The position numbers were made by a program, and so were the translations under genes. Source: Candidatus Marinacidobacterales bacterium (GTDB taxonomy: Bacteria > Acidobacteriota > Vicinamibacteria > Marinacidobacterales > SMYC01). From it: 64,000 nt of DNA. The stretch lies in NCBI GenBank assembly GCA_965197495.1, contig OZ240210.1, positions 2,126,092 through 2,190,091 on the forward strand, read 5' to 3'. The notes under the pieces are model-generated. The model had not been told where the DNA came from, ran no database searches, and was given only the letters and a program-made list of their open reading frames with translations. Below are positions 31,169-39,915 of the stretch, one piece after another (position 1 is the first letter of the stretch; every line of letters starts with the position of its first letter).

Positions 31169-31196
31169 GTGAACGCGCGGTTGTTTTCGCGTTCAC
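31169..31196. promoter_or_regulatory. Second palindrome GTGAACGCG-cggttgtttt-CGCGTTCAC in the same intergenic region
   Basis: This is a direct reading. The arms are 9 bp with a 10-bp spacer. Confidence 0.3.
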
Positions 31197-31408
31197 GCCT
31201 TCGATTGTGTTATGTAGTCATGAAATGTTCACTTGGAGCCGTGCCAGTTGGCTCACCCGCGGTCACAACCGTATCGAAACCCGCGAGGGTGGCTATGTCT
31301 GACGGGAGGGTGCTCGTTGAACAATATAGTAATCGGCTCAAAGAAAGCCGACTTGTTCCGTGCAGAACATGCGGCGCGGGAAGAGACTTTTAGCTGGAGG
31401 GCTAAAAC

Positions 31409-32971
31409 ATGAGTTGTACACGGAAAGGTGGCTGGTTTACCTGGTTGCACGTATCGGCGTTCATCGGGTTGGTGGTGGCGACAGCGCCCGCTGCCCAGGA
31501 GACAACCAGGGGAGTTCGGTATGAGCGACTGGTCATCAGAGGGGGCATGCTGGTGGACGGTTTGGGTAGCCCGATGCGGGGTCCGGTCGACATCGTGGTC
31601 GAGGGTGGCACCGTCGTCAACATCATCCCAGTGGATGCAGTGTCTTTGGGAGGCTATGACCCTGGATTCACGCGACCCACCGGGGATCGCGTGATTGACG
31701 CAGAGGGGATGTACATCGTCCCGGGTTTCGTCGATATGCACGCGCACATTCCCGAGGGCCGGGTCGTGCCCGCGGGTGAGTGGGGACGTTCATTCGCCTA
31801 TCAGCTCTGGCTGGCCCATGGGGTCACCACGCTTCGCGATGTCGGCTCGGGAGCCGGGCTGGATGTTCTGGTGGAGGAGGCACGCCGAAGCGATGCGAAC
31901 GAAATCACCGCTCCCCGAATCATCCCCTACGCGGGATGGCGAGGGTTGGGCCGACCTGACGAGAAGAACTTCACCGCGGAGGAGGTGCGGGCAAATGTCC
32001 AAAAGCTCCATCAGGCCGGGGCGAAGGGTATCAAAGTGTTTGGACCCACCTACACGGATGTGCTGACCACGCTCTGCGACGAAGCTCGCAAGCTGGAGAT
32101 GGGGGTCGCCATTCACATTGCGGTGGGCCAGGTCGATGGCGCCATCGCGGCGCGCGCCGGGGTCACGACCATCGAGCATTGGTACGGCATTCCAGATGCG
32201 GCGATCCCGGGCGTACAGAGCTTTCCGGGGGATTACAACTACCTGGACGAGCTTGCCCGTTTCCGTTACGCGGGCAAGCTGTGGCGTGAAGCAGACCCCG
32301 TCTTGCTCGAGCAGGTGATGGACACGCTGTTAGAGGAAGGCACAACGCTCGTGCCGACCTTCGTCGCTTACGAACCGAATCGCGATCTGGTGAGAGCACA
32401 AAACTTGCCCTTTTATAAAAAGTATGCCCTTCCGATCCAGCTGGAGTACTGGAAACCGAATCTCGCACATCATGGGTCCTACCACTATGCATGGACCTCG
32501 GGGGATGAAGCGAGCTGGCGAGAGAATTTTCAGATCTGGATGCGGTTCGTGCGCGAGTTCTGGGAGCGGGGGGGACAGCTCGCCCTGTCACCGGACGCAG
32601 GCGGGAGCTTCGGCCTATACGGATTCAACAACGTGCGCGAAATGGAGCTCTATCAGGAAGCGGGTCTGGATCCGGTCGACATCATCGAAGTGGCATCGAC
32701 CGGGGCGGCGCGTGTACTGGGTCTCGACGAACTGGCCAAGGGCGTGCGGTTTGGCAGTCCCGCCGACCTGGTTGTCGTGGACGGAAACCCTCTGCATGAC
32801 CTCAAAGTGCTTTACGGAACCGGCATCACAAAGCTGGGGGAGACCGGGGAGCTCGAGAGCGGTGGTGGGATCCATTACACGATCAAGGACGGAATTGTTT
32901 TCGATGCTCGGGCGTTGCTGGAGAACGTGGCGTCGATGGTACGGGAAGCCGGGCCCGCCACCAGTCACTGA
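31409..32971 (+). CDS. Secreted amidohydrolase-superfamily protein
   Basis: The N-terminus is signal/TM-like. IVPGFVDMHAHIP carries the metal-binding H-x-H. The C-terminal ...LAKGVRFGSPADLVVVDGNPLHDL is the typical family terminus. The gene is 520 aa. Confidence 0.8.
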   Translation: MSCTRKGGWFTWLHVSAFIGLVVATAPAAQETTRGVRYERLVIRGGMLVDGLGSPMRGPVDIVVEGGTVVNIIPVDAVSLGGYDPGFTRPTGDRVIDAEGMYIVPGFVDMHAHIPEGRVVPAGEWGRSFAYQLWLAHGVTTLRDVGSGAGLDVLVEEARRSDANEITAPRIIPYAGWRGLGRPDEKNFTAEEVRANVQKLHQAGAKGIKVFGPTYTDVLTTLCDEARKLEMGVAIHIAVGQVDGAIAARAGVTTIEHWYGIPDAAIPGVQSFPGDYNYLDELARFRYAGKLWREADPVLLEQVMDTLLEEGTTLVPTFVAYEPNRDLVRAQNLPFYKKYALPIQLEYWKPNLAHHGSYHYAWTSGDEASWRENFQIWMRFVREFWERGGQLALSPDAGGSFGLYGFNNVREMELYQEAGLDPVDIIEVASTGAARVLGLDELAKGVRFGSPADLVVVDGNPLHDLKVLYGTGITKLGETGELESGGGIHYTIKDGIVFDARALLENVASMVREAGPATSH

Positions 32972-33081
32972 ATGAATCGTCGGTAATTCTCGAGCCTGCG
33001 CGACAGGACTATTCCGTCAGCTCCACCACGGCGATGTCTCCGTAGGCGAGCGGTGCGCGAACTCGCTCTGGATGGCCATGG

Positions 33082-33318
33082 TTAAATCCCAGGCGGCGTT
33101 CGCGCACCAGCTCTGGATGGGAGATGGTGCGGCCGTGTCGAAGAAGTCTTCGAAGGCGGCGTGGCAGAGGTGAAAGAACTGGGGGCCAGCGTTTCCCCTT
33201 CGAGGAGCTCCATGACGATGAACACTGTTGCCTCGTGCTCGCCGATATCGTATACAGTGCAAATGTGAGGGTGATTGAGCGCGGATGCGGCGCGCGCCTC
33301 CCTGAGGAGCCGCTCCAT
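33082..33318 (-). pseudogene. Short relic of a Ser/Thr protein kinase (subdomains III-V only)
   Basis: The reading [45 protein letters not shown] resembles the kinase region E..a..ls.L.HP.Iv..yd.ge.....ylVMEyveG.tL. No upstream VAIK/glycine loop and no downstream HRD/DFG are recoverable in any frame. Confidence 0.35.
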
Positions 33319-33425
33319 GAGCTGGCGGTTGTGTGCCTATGTAATGGAATGCCCGGAAGACCGCAGCGGAGGCGCCGGATGCGGGCGCGTGGGGCCGGTG
33401 GTATAAGGCCCCTGGGAGGTGGTGT

Positions 33426-35369
33426 ATGACAGGGCGGAAAATCGGAACGATCTCGTTGGTGGTCTTTTGTGCTGCGGCCTTCATCGAGGCGGCCTCCATC
33501 GACGAGATCCTCGAGTACAGGTCGCTGGGGGAGGTGGTCGCCGCACCCGATGGCCGCTGGGCGGCGTTGGTCGCGACCCGCGCCAACTTCGAATCGAACG
33601 TGCTCGACTCGAACATCTGGGTCGTAGATCTCGAGACCGGCGAAGCGTCTCAGCTGACCTTCGCTTCCAAGCGCGATTGGCACCCGCGCTTTTCGCCGGA
33701 CGGACGCGAGCTCGCCTTTCTTTCCGATCGGGATGGTACGACCACGATCTGGAAAATGCGCGTTGCGCGAGGCGAAGCGGCGAAGCTGTTCGACGCCGCG
33801 GGTGACGTCGAAGCGTTCGAGTGGCTTCCCGATGGCAGCGGCTGGATCTTCACGATGCGGGACGCCAAGGATGAGGATGAGGACATCGTCGAAGTGGACA
33901 AAACGTTTCGCTTCGCGCGCTTGTATCGCCTGACGGCGCATGGCGGCGAGCCGGAGCTTCTGACCGAAGACGCCGTCCACGTCAATAGCTTCGACGTGGC
34001 TTCCGACGCCACGTGGATGGCGCTGAGCGTGCAGCCGACGCCGAAGGTTCCGGACGGAAGGCTTCATTCCGACCTGAAGATACTGGATCTCGAAACGAAG
34101 GCGCTCCGCGATCTGGTACGCCGGCCTGGGCTCGATCGCGCTCCGCGCATTGCTCCCGACGGAGGGAGTGTCGCCTTCATCACCATGAACGGGAAGGCGG
34201 ACTGGATCGGCAACCACGGTGTGTCGGTCGTCTCGCGGGACGGGAGCGCCCTTCGAAATGTCTCGCCGTCGCTCGACGAGCGCGTCCTCGAGCCCCTTCG
34301 CTGGTCGCGGGACGGGCGTTTCGTCTACGCGCTCGCGAACGAGCGTACCGCACGGCGCCTTTTCGCCATCGACGTCGAAAGCACCTCGAGCGAAGCGGTG
34401 ACGGACTCGGATCGGTTCAAAGTCGTCAGCTCCTTCGCTCTTCTGGAAGAAGGGAAGCTCCTCGTCACCGCGAGCGACGCCCATACGCCCGAAGAGCTCT
34501 TCGAGATTGGAGCCGGCGCGCGAAAACTCACCGCGCTCAACGCGGCGTATGACGCGGCGTCCGTCGGGCGCACCGAGGTCATGACCTACGAGCGCGACGG
34601 GCTGGGTCTCGAGGGCCTGCTCGTGAAGCCCGTCGGGTTCGAGGAGGGAAGAGCCTATCCGCTGCTACTCGTGATCCACGGTGGACCATCCGGTGTCTTC
34701 AACTTGGCGTTCTCCCCGCGACGAGGCGCTTATCCGATCCACGCGTTCTCCGAGGCGGGGTATCTCGTTTTCATGCCGAATCCGCGCGGCTCCGGTGGCT
34801 ATGGCGATGCCTTTCGCCGCTCGAACTTCAAGGGCTGGGGCTTCGGCGACTTCGAGGACATCATCGCGGGCGTCGATCTCCTGATCGACCGGGGCCTCGT
34901 CGACGCGAGCCGCATGGGCGTGATGGGCTGGAGCTACGGCGGGTTCATGACGTCCTGGACGGTGACCCATACCGATCGGTTCAAAGCTGCATCCATCGGC
35001 GCACCGGTGACGAATCCCTACAGCTTCTACGGCGTGACCGATATTCCCGACTTCACGGAAGCCTACTTCGGCGGCAAGCCTTGGGGCGACGACGTGGATT
35101 ACCTCCGGCACGCGCCGGAGCACTTCGCCCAGAACGCCAAAACACCAAGTCTCATCCAGCACGGTGAGGAAGACGTGCGCGTCCCGCTGTCCCAGGGTAC
35201 GGCTTTCTATCGGGCCCTGAAGCTCAACGGGGTGAACGTGGAGATGGTGATCTATCCGCGCGAGCCTCACGGTTTCAGGGAGCCGAAGCACATCCGGGAT
35301 GCGATGGAGCGCAACCTTCAATGGTTCGAGCACTGGCTTTCCGATGGTGGCCCAACGAGTGAACCGTAG
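33426..35369 (+). CDS. Secreted S9 prolyl-oligopeptidase-family serine peptidase with an N-terminal TolB-like beta-propeller
   Basis: A signal peptide is present (MTGRKIGTISLVVFCAAAFIEAAS). TolB-like repeats are present (FSPDGRELAF, IAPDGGSVAF). The catalytic triad context is GWSYGG (Ser), QHGEEDVRVP (Asp) and REPHGF (His). Confidence 0.85.
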   Translation: MTGRKIGTISLVVFCAAAFIEAASIDEILEYRSLGEVVAAPDGRWAALVATRANFESNVLDSNIWVVDLETGEASQLTFASKRDWHPRFSPDGRELAFLSDRDGTTTIWKMRVARGEAAKLFDAAGDVEAFEWLPDGSGWIFTMRDAKDEDEDIVEVDKTFRFARLYRLTAHGGEPELLTEDAVHVNSFDVASDATWMALSVQPTPKVPDGRLHSDLKILDLETKALRDLVRRPGLDRAPRIAPDGGSVAFITMNGKADWIGNHGVSVVSRDGSALRNVSPSLDERVLEPLRWSRDGRFVYALANERTARRLFAIDVESTSSEAVTDSDRFKVVSSFALLEEGKLLVTASDAHTPEELFEIGAGARKLTALNAAYDAASVGRTEVMTYERDGLGLEGLLVKPVGFEEGRAYPLLLVIHGGPSGVFNLAFSPRRGAYPIHAFSEAGYLVFMPNPRGSGGYGDAFRRSNFKGWGFGDFEDIIAGVDLLIDRGLVDASRMGVMGWSYGGFMTSWTVTHTDRFKAASIGAPVTNPYSFYGVTDIPDFTEAYFGGKPWGDDVDYLRHAPEHFAQNAKTPSLIQHGEEDVRVPLSQGTAFYRALKLNGVNVEMVIYPREPHGFREPKHIRDAMERNLQWFEHWLSDGGPTSEP

Positions 35370-35643
35370 CGCTGAAGAGCTTCTGCGGGCACGTCTCACG
35401 GCCGGGCTCGTCACGCCTCCTTCCAGGAGAGAGCCTGGCTTCGACCTGGAACAGGCCTACGCCGTCGCCGAGCAGTTGCGTCGAGCGCGGGTCGATCGAG
35501 GCCGCCGCATGGTGGGGAGAAAACTCGGCTTCACGAATGAATCCATCTGGCGGGAGCTCGGGTTGTCGGGGCCGATCTGGGCGCCGATGTACTTTGGCGC
35601 TCGCTCGATCCTCATGAGCATGTCGGCATGCGAGAAGCGATAG
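35299..35643 (+). pseudogene. N-terminal about 100 aa of a 2-keto-4-pentenoate (2-oxopent-4-enoate) hydratase/FAH-family protein; truncated
   Basis: The fragment reads ...LTAGLVTPPSRREPGFDLEQAYAVAEQLRRARVDRGRRMVGRKLGFTNESIWRELGLSGPIWAPMYFG. It matches the MhpD-type N-terminus (...L.EAYAIQ..L...R...GE.VVGWKLGLTS...Q..LG.D.P..G.LF). Full-length proteins are about 260 aa. This ORF ends at 35643 and is followed by unrelated duplicated sequence. Confidence 0.5.
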
Positions 35644-35835
35644 CGCGTTAGTGGACGTCGGCAGCTTTAGCATGGGCTGCGGTTCTGTGAAACAGGCTGC
35701 GGCTGTGGGAGGCTGAGCTGCGGTTCTGGCGCATAAGCGGCGCAGGGTATGGGGCTTCTCCCATCGGCCTCAACACAGCGGCCAGCTCCGCCGTCAGTTG
35801 TGCCTCGGGTTTCCGAAGATCTCTCACTACGTTTC

Positions 35836-36045
35836 GCCCTGTCACCGGACGCAGGCGGGAACTTCGGCCTATACGGATTCAACAACGTGCGTGGAATGGA
35901 GCTCTATCAGGAAATGGGTCTGGATCCGGTCGACATCATCGAAGTGGCATCAACGTCGGCGGCGCGTGTACTGGTACTCGACGAACTGGCCAAGGGCGTG
36001 CGGTTTGGCAGTCCCGCCAACCTGGTTATCGTGGGGGACATTAGA
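35836..36045 (+). repeat. About 210-bp near-identical duplicate of the 3' region of the amidohydrolase gene at 31409..32971 (matches 32584-32793)
   Basis: The segment encodes LSPDAGGNFGLYGFNNVRGMELYQEMGLDPVDIIEVASTSAARVLVLDELAKGVRFGSPANLV. The original reads LSPDAGGSFGLYGFNNVREMELYQEAGLDPVDIIEVASTGAARVLGLDELAKGVRFGSPADLV. DNA identity is about 93% by eye. The copy has no start codon or upstream gene body. Confidence 0.7.
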
Positions 36046-36122
36046 CGATGCCGGCCCCGCCGGCGTCGTCGAAGCGAATATTCTTCACGCTGGTAAACGC
36101 CCTGACGCCTGGGGGCCGCGCT

Positions 36123-38210
36123 TCAGTTCTTGCCGAGTTCGGCGTCGAGCTCCGCCAGGCGTTCTCGGACGACGGGTTGGTCGGCATCGAACTCGAGCGA
36201 GCGCTGGAACGCTTCGCGGGCCTCGTCGAAGTTTCCGAGCCGTTGGTGGCTGTCTGCGAGAGCGTTGAGAACCGCGGTGTCGGGTGGCTTGAGCTCTCGT
36301 GCCCGCTTGAGATAGCCGACGGCTCTCGCGTAATCGCCTTTGAGATGCACGGCCCGTCCCAGACCCGCCACGACGTCGTATTGATTCGGCAACGGCTCTT
36401 CGAGCGGCTTCAGAAGCGCCAGTGCCTTGTCCGGCTCCCCTTCCAGGAGATGAATGTCCGCGAGTTGGACGTGTGCCGGCACCAGTCGGGGATTGGCGGA
36501 CAGGGATTCCTCGAGAGCCGCCTTTGCTTCTTCGAACTTTCGCAGCCTCCACAACTGTTCGCCGCGCATCGCGCTCAGAAGGCCGGGCATGCGCGTGTTG
36601 ACCCCGCGGCGATAGACGAACCGCGGACGGGACGCGGTGGAACGCGGCGAGACGGTAATCGCGGCGGTCTTCTCCGAGAGCGTCTCCCCCGAGGGAGACA
36701 GAAGGCGCGCTCGAATCTCGAAATTGCCCCCGACCATGTCCTCGAGCTTGACGTGGTCCAGCACCATCCCGTTGTCGCCCACCACGCTTTCGACGTCGCG
36801 CAGAACCTCTTCGCCGTTCCGGAGCTCGAACACGACCTTGTGCTCCGGCGACGCACCGTAAGCCTGGGTGACGAGATGCACGGTGTCGCCGATCACGAAT
36901 ACATTCTCCGCGGCGGGTTGCACGCGCAAACTCCCGACTTGATAGGTGCCAACAACAGCATCGTCGGGAGCTCCACCCACGAGCCTGGTATCGAACGCGA
37001 GGATGATATCGGTGAGAACCGGCTCCGCCTCTGTAAACCGCGGTATGTGGAGCTCCGCCTCCGCGACCGTATACTGACTGAGCACCCGGTTCCTCACGAT
37101 CACGGTCACGGAATAGTCGCCAGGCACCAGGGGAAAATCGTCCTGGTAGCTGAAGGGATGGGTTTGAATCTGCTCCACCTCACTCGGCGTGAGCTCGATG
37201 AAGGCTTCCTTGTCGCTGGCGAAGACGAGCGTACCGTCCGCGGTACGAGCCTCGGTCGTCAGATCCAGCGTGGTGTAGAAACGGGTCCTCTCCTTGTCGG
37301 TCTCCATCGAGAAATTCTGTGGATCGATCTCGACGCTGTAGTGCACCAGTGCCGTACCCGACGGATCGGCAAGGACGGAAAAAACGTGACGCGAGGGAAC
37401 GAAGTTGAAGGAGTACTCCGCCGATACGCGGTTGCCGTACCGAAGCCAGGCCTCCGCGTAGTCGGTGCGGATGGCGCGCTTCGGTGACTCTTCGATACGC
37501 GCGATCATGACATCGGTGCTGAGCGCGGGACGGCCAGAAATGAGATCGGGCGGATCGCTCGTGTCGAACGAAAGCGAAGCGGTCTCAAGCTCCGGGGATA
37601 TCTCGCGGAGAGCCAGCAGCGCATCGGCGTTGTAACTCCCCACCCCGTATCTGTTGCCCGTCAGCAAGGCCTGGGGCCCGTCGATCACCGGGCTGTAGAG
37701 CCGATACTCGCCGAAGTCGTTTTTCTTGAAGAAAAGAAGGTAGAAGAACGCGGGCGTGCCCATGCGGAGGTCGCCCTGATAGAACCAGAGGTGGGACGAG
37801 ACGATCTGTCCGTAGCCGTCGAAACGCTGGATCTCACGAGGCTCTCCGAGAAGGATGTAGTACCGGCCCCGATCCGTTCGCCAGCCTGCGCGCGAGGTTT
37901 CCCTTCCGAGATAGGTATTCGCATAATCGATGCGTCGGTAGTGCTCGATCTTGTACTCGTTGTCGAGGGTCACGGGATTGGGGTCGCGCTTTCTCCAGAA
38001 TGCCTCGATGAAGCGGTTCCGCTCCTCGACGGACTCGGGCGTGAGAAACACCTCGCGCTCGCGCTCAGTAATGATGTAGACGACCTCGCGCTCAAGCCAG
38101 GCCTTGTGCTCTTCGTCAAGCCTGTCGACGCGCTCGTCCGCGGAGGCGAGAGGCGCGAGGACCATGATCCCCAAAAGCGCCAGGATTGCTCTCATCTGAA
38201 ACCCGTTCAT
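36123..38210 (-). CDS. Secreted GWxTD-domain protein with C-terminal TPR repeats
   Basis: A signal peptide is present (MNGFQMRAILALLGIMVLAPLASA). The motif GWRTDRGRYYILLGEP is the GWxTD signature. C-terminal TPR-like helices are present (...AKAALEESLSANPRL...ALALLKPL...). Confidence 0.7.
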   Translation of the reverse strand: MNGFQMRAILALLGIMVLAPLASADERVDRLDEEHKAWLEREVVYIITEREREVFLTPESVEERNRFIEAFWRKRDPNPVTLDNEYKIEHYRRIDYANTYLGRETSRAGWRTDRGRYYILLGEPREIQRFDGYGQIVSSHLWFYQGDLRMGTPAFFYLLFFKKNDFGEYRLYSPVIDGPQALLTGNRYGVGSYNADALLALREISPELETASLSFDTSDPPDLISGRPALSTDVMIARIEESPKRAIRTDYAEAWLRYGNRVSAEYSFNFVPSRHVFSVLADPSGTALVHYSVEIDPQNFSMETDKERTRFYTTLDLTTEARTADGTLVFASDKEAFIELTPSEVEQIQTHPFSYQDDFPLVPGDYSVTVIVRNRVLSQYTVAEAELHIPRFTEAEPVLTDIILAFDTRLVGGAPDDAVVGTYQVGSLRVQPAAENVFVIGDTVHLVTQAYGASPEHKVVFELRNGEEVLRDVESVVGDNGMVLDHVKLEDMVGGNFEIRARLLSPSGETLSEKTAAITVSPRSTASRPRFVYRRGVNTRMPGLLSAMRGEQLWRLRKFEEAKAALEESLSANPRLVPAHVQLADIHLLEGEPDKALALLKPLEEPLPNQYDVVAGLGRAVHLKGDYARAVGYLKRARELKPPDTAVLNALADSHQRLGNFDEAREAFQRSLEFDADQPVVRERLAELDAELGKN

Positions 38211-38359
38211 GTTCGTTCAGCGCGTGGAAGAGAACTCCTTTCTCTCCAGGCTGATGTTATAGGGCTTAATCATTTCACGGAGCGTCGTGGGCTTCAAGCC
38301 CAGCAACTGCGCCGCTTTCTTCTGCACCCCCGGAAAGGATAGACATTACGCCAGACCGG

Positions 38360-39148
38360 CTATTCGTTCGTCGTGCTTCCGGGTGCTGCGCGGCTCAGGC
38401 CCGGCCGGTGGGCGGAGACGAAGCGCTCCTGCTTCCATATGGCGGCGGTCATCGTGCGGCCGACTAGCTCCATCTCCTCTTCGCCGAGGTGCTCGCCAAT
38501 GATCTCTGAATTACGCCAGCCGTCGATCTCCGCCCACGTGTCGAACGGCTCGGTGAGGCGGAACGTAGAATCCTGCCCTTCTCCGAAGCGAAGTACGAAG
38601 CGCGTCACGCTCATTTTCTCGCGGGACGCCTCGTACGCTCCCTTGAACTTTCTCTGGAGCGAGCGAAACTCCGGAACCATCGCCCGCTTCACGTGGCGAA
38701 TCGTGACGCCGTAGAACTTCGCTAACCGGTCACCCGTTCTGGGAAATGACGATCCGTCGTCTAGGCGCTCCCAGATGCGAATCGTCACACTTTCGATTCC
38801 GACACGGCCTTCCCGGTCGATGCGGCTCGCTTCCTGCTCTCCGAACGCTTTCGCCAGCATTTCCTGAGGACCGTTCGGCCATCGATCGCGGTCGGCCCAT
38901 TTGTCAAAAGAAAGGGCGACGCGGTATGTGGGACTTTGTTTTCCAACGGCGACGAAGAAGGTATTCCAACCGAGAGGGCTCTTGATCTTGTCAGCGGCCT
39001 CGATGACTTTCTTCAGGTAGCTTTCGTACGCCTGCTCGTGGCCGGGCTTTACTTTGACCTCGACCATCTGCTGAAACCGAGCCTGCGCGAGGACGCTCGT
39101 CGTTGTTGCGAGTGTCAGCGCGGGAACGAGAACGAACAATTTTCTCAC
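38360..39148 (-). CDS. Secreted hypothetical protein built from two similar halves of about 100 aa
   Basis: A signal peptide is present (MRKLFVLVPALTLATTTSVLA). The halves end in ...SFDKWADRDRW and ...PFDTWAEIDGW respectively, and each is preceded by a V.V/IRHVK...Y/F.....K segment. I recognise no known domain. Confidence 0.5.
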   Translation of the reverse strand: MRKLFVLVPALTLATTTSVLAQARFQQMVEVKVKPGHEQAYESYLKKVIEAADKIKSPLGWNTFFVAVGKQSPTYRVALSFDKWADRDRWPNGPQEMLAKAFGEQEASRIDREGRVGIESVTIRIWERLDDGSSFPRTGDRLAKFYGVTIRHVKRAMVPEFRSLQRKFKGAYEASREKMSVTRFVLRFGEGQDSTFRLTEPFDTWAEIDGWRNSEIIGEHLGEEEMELVGRTMTAAIWKQERFVSAHRPGLSRAAPGSTTNE

Positions 39149-39299
39149 TTCTCACCTCCGTACAGACGGCACGCAAGGTCATCAAGCATTGAGGGACCTC
39201 GGCCGTCGCCTTGTGCGGCGACCCTACCAGAAAATTCGGAATCGATTCAAGCGGGGTCCGGAGCCAGCCCGGCGATGATAGGCATTCGACATGTTGACT

Positions 39300-39780
39300 T
39301 CCTCCTTGAAGACGCCATTTTAACTAGAATAGAGAGCGTGCCCGATGAAGAGATCGCGGCTAAGGTCCAGACCGCGGGGGGCAGGACTCCGTCGTCGGCG
39401 AGCTCGAAGCGAAGAAGGCGGCTGCGAACGAAGGCATGACCTACGTGTCACCTTATAGCGACTCGAAAGTCATCGGCGGCCAGGGCACCATCGCCGTCGA
39501 GATCGAGCGCCAGGGCGATCCGATTGACGTCGTCTTCGTCCCGTGGTTGGAGGTGGCCTAAGCCGCCGGGATTGCCGGCTACATGAAAGCGCGCGACCCG
39601 TCGGTTCGCGTCGTGGGTTGCCAGCCCGAAAAGTCCCGCGTCATGGCGGAGTCGGTGCGAGCCGGCCGAATCGTCGAACTCGATTCCGAACCGACCCTCG
39701 CCGATGGCACTGCAGGTGGACTCGACCCCGACGCCATTACCTTTCCTATCGGCCAGCGTTCCATCGATCAGTTCGTCCTC
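39300..39780 (+). pseudogene. Degraded fragment of a PLP-dependent threonine/serine dehydratase-family gene (C-terminal two thirds, with in-frame stop and shifts)
   Basis: The fragment reads ...EGMTYVSPYSDSKVIGGQGTIAVEIERQGDPIDVVFVPWLEVA*AAGIAGYMKARDPSVRVVGCQPEKSRVMAESVRAGRIVELDSEPTLADGTAGGLDP.... Family proteins read ...FIHPFDDPDVIAGQGTIALEI..Q...iDaVFVPVGGGGLiAGIAaylK...P.vkViGVEp..s.am..S...G..v.l....tiADG.AV. The Gly-rich loop is corrupted to PWLEVA-stop. The N-terminal PLP-lysine region is absent. Confidence 0.5.
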
Positions 39781-39915
39781 TGTAACCGTACAACATTTTC
39801 ATGGCGGAAGCACCGTTTTCGTCAGAAACAAAGCGCCAAAGGGCGGTATCCTCCATGCGTCCTCGAACGCGTAAAATATGAACCCGGCTCCCACGCCGTC
39901 TAGCGTAGGAAAGGA

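Noticed and set aside
33009-34484. 491-aa minus-strand ORF
   Set aside because: It is entirely antisense to the well-supported S9 peptidase gene (33426..35369). It has low-complexity R/A/G/P-rich composition typical of shadow ORFs in high-GC DNA. The same reasoning applies to 4603..5976, 6360..7181, 8144..9457, 12670..13449, 21502..22629, 27005..28153, 36048..37487, 44488..45504, 57940..58986 and 62462..63562.
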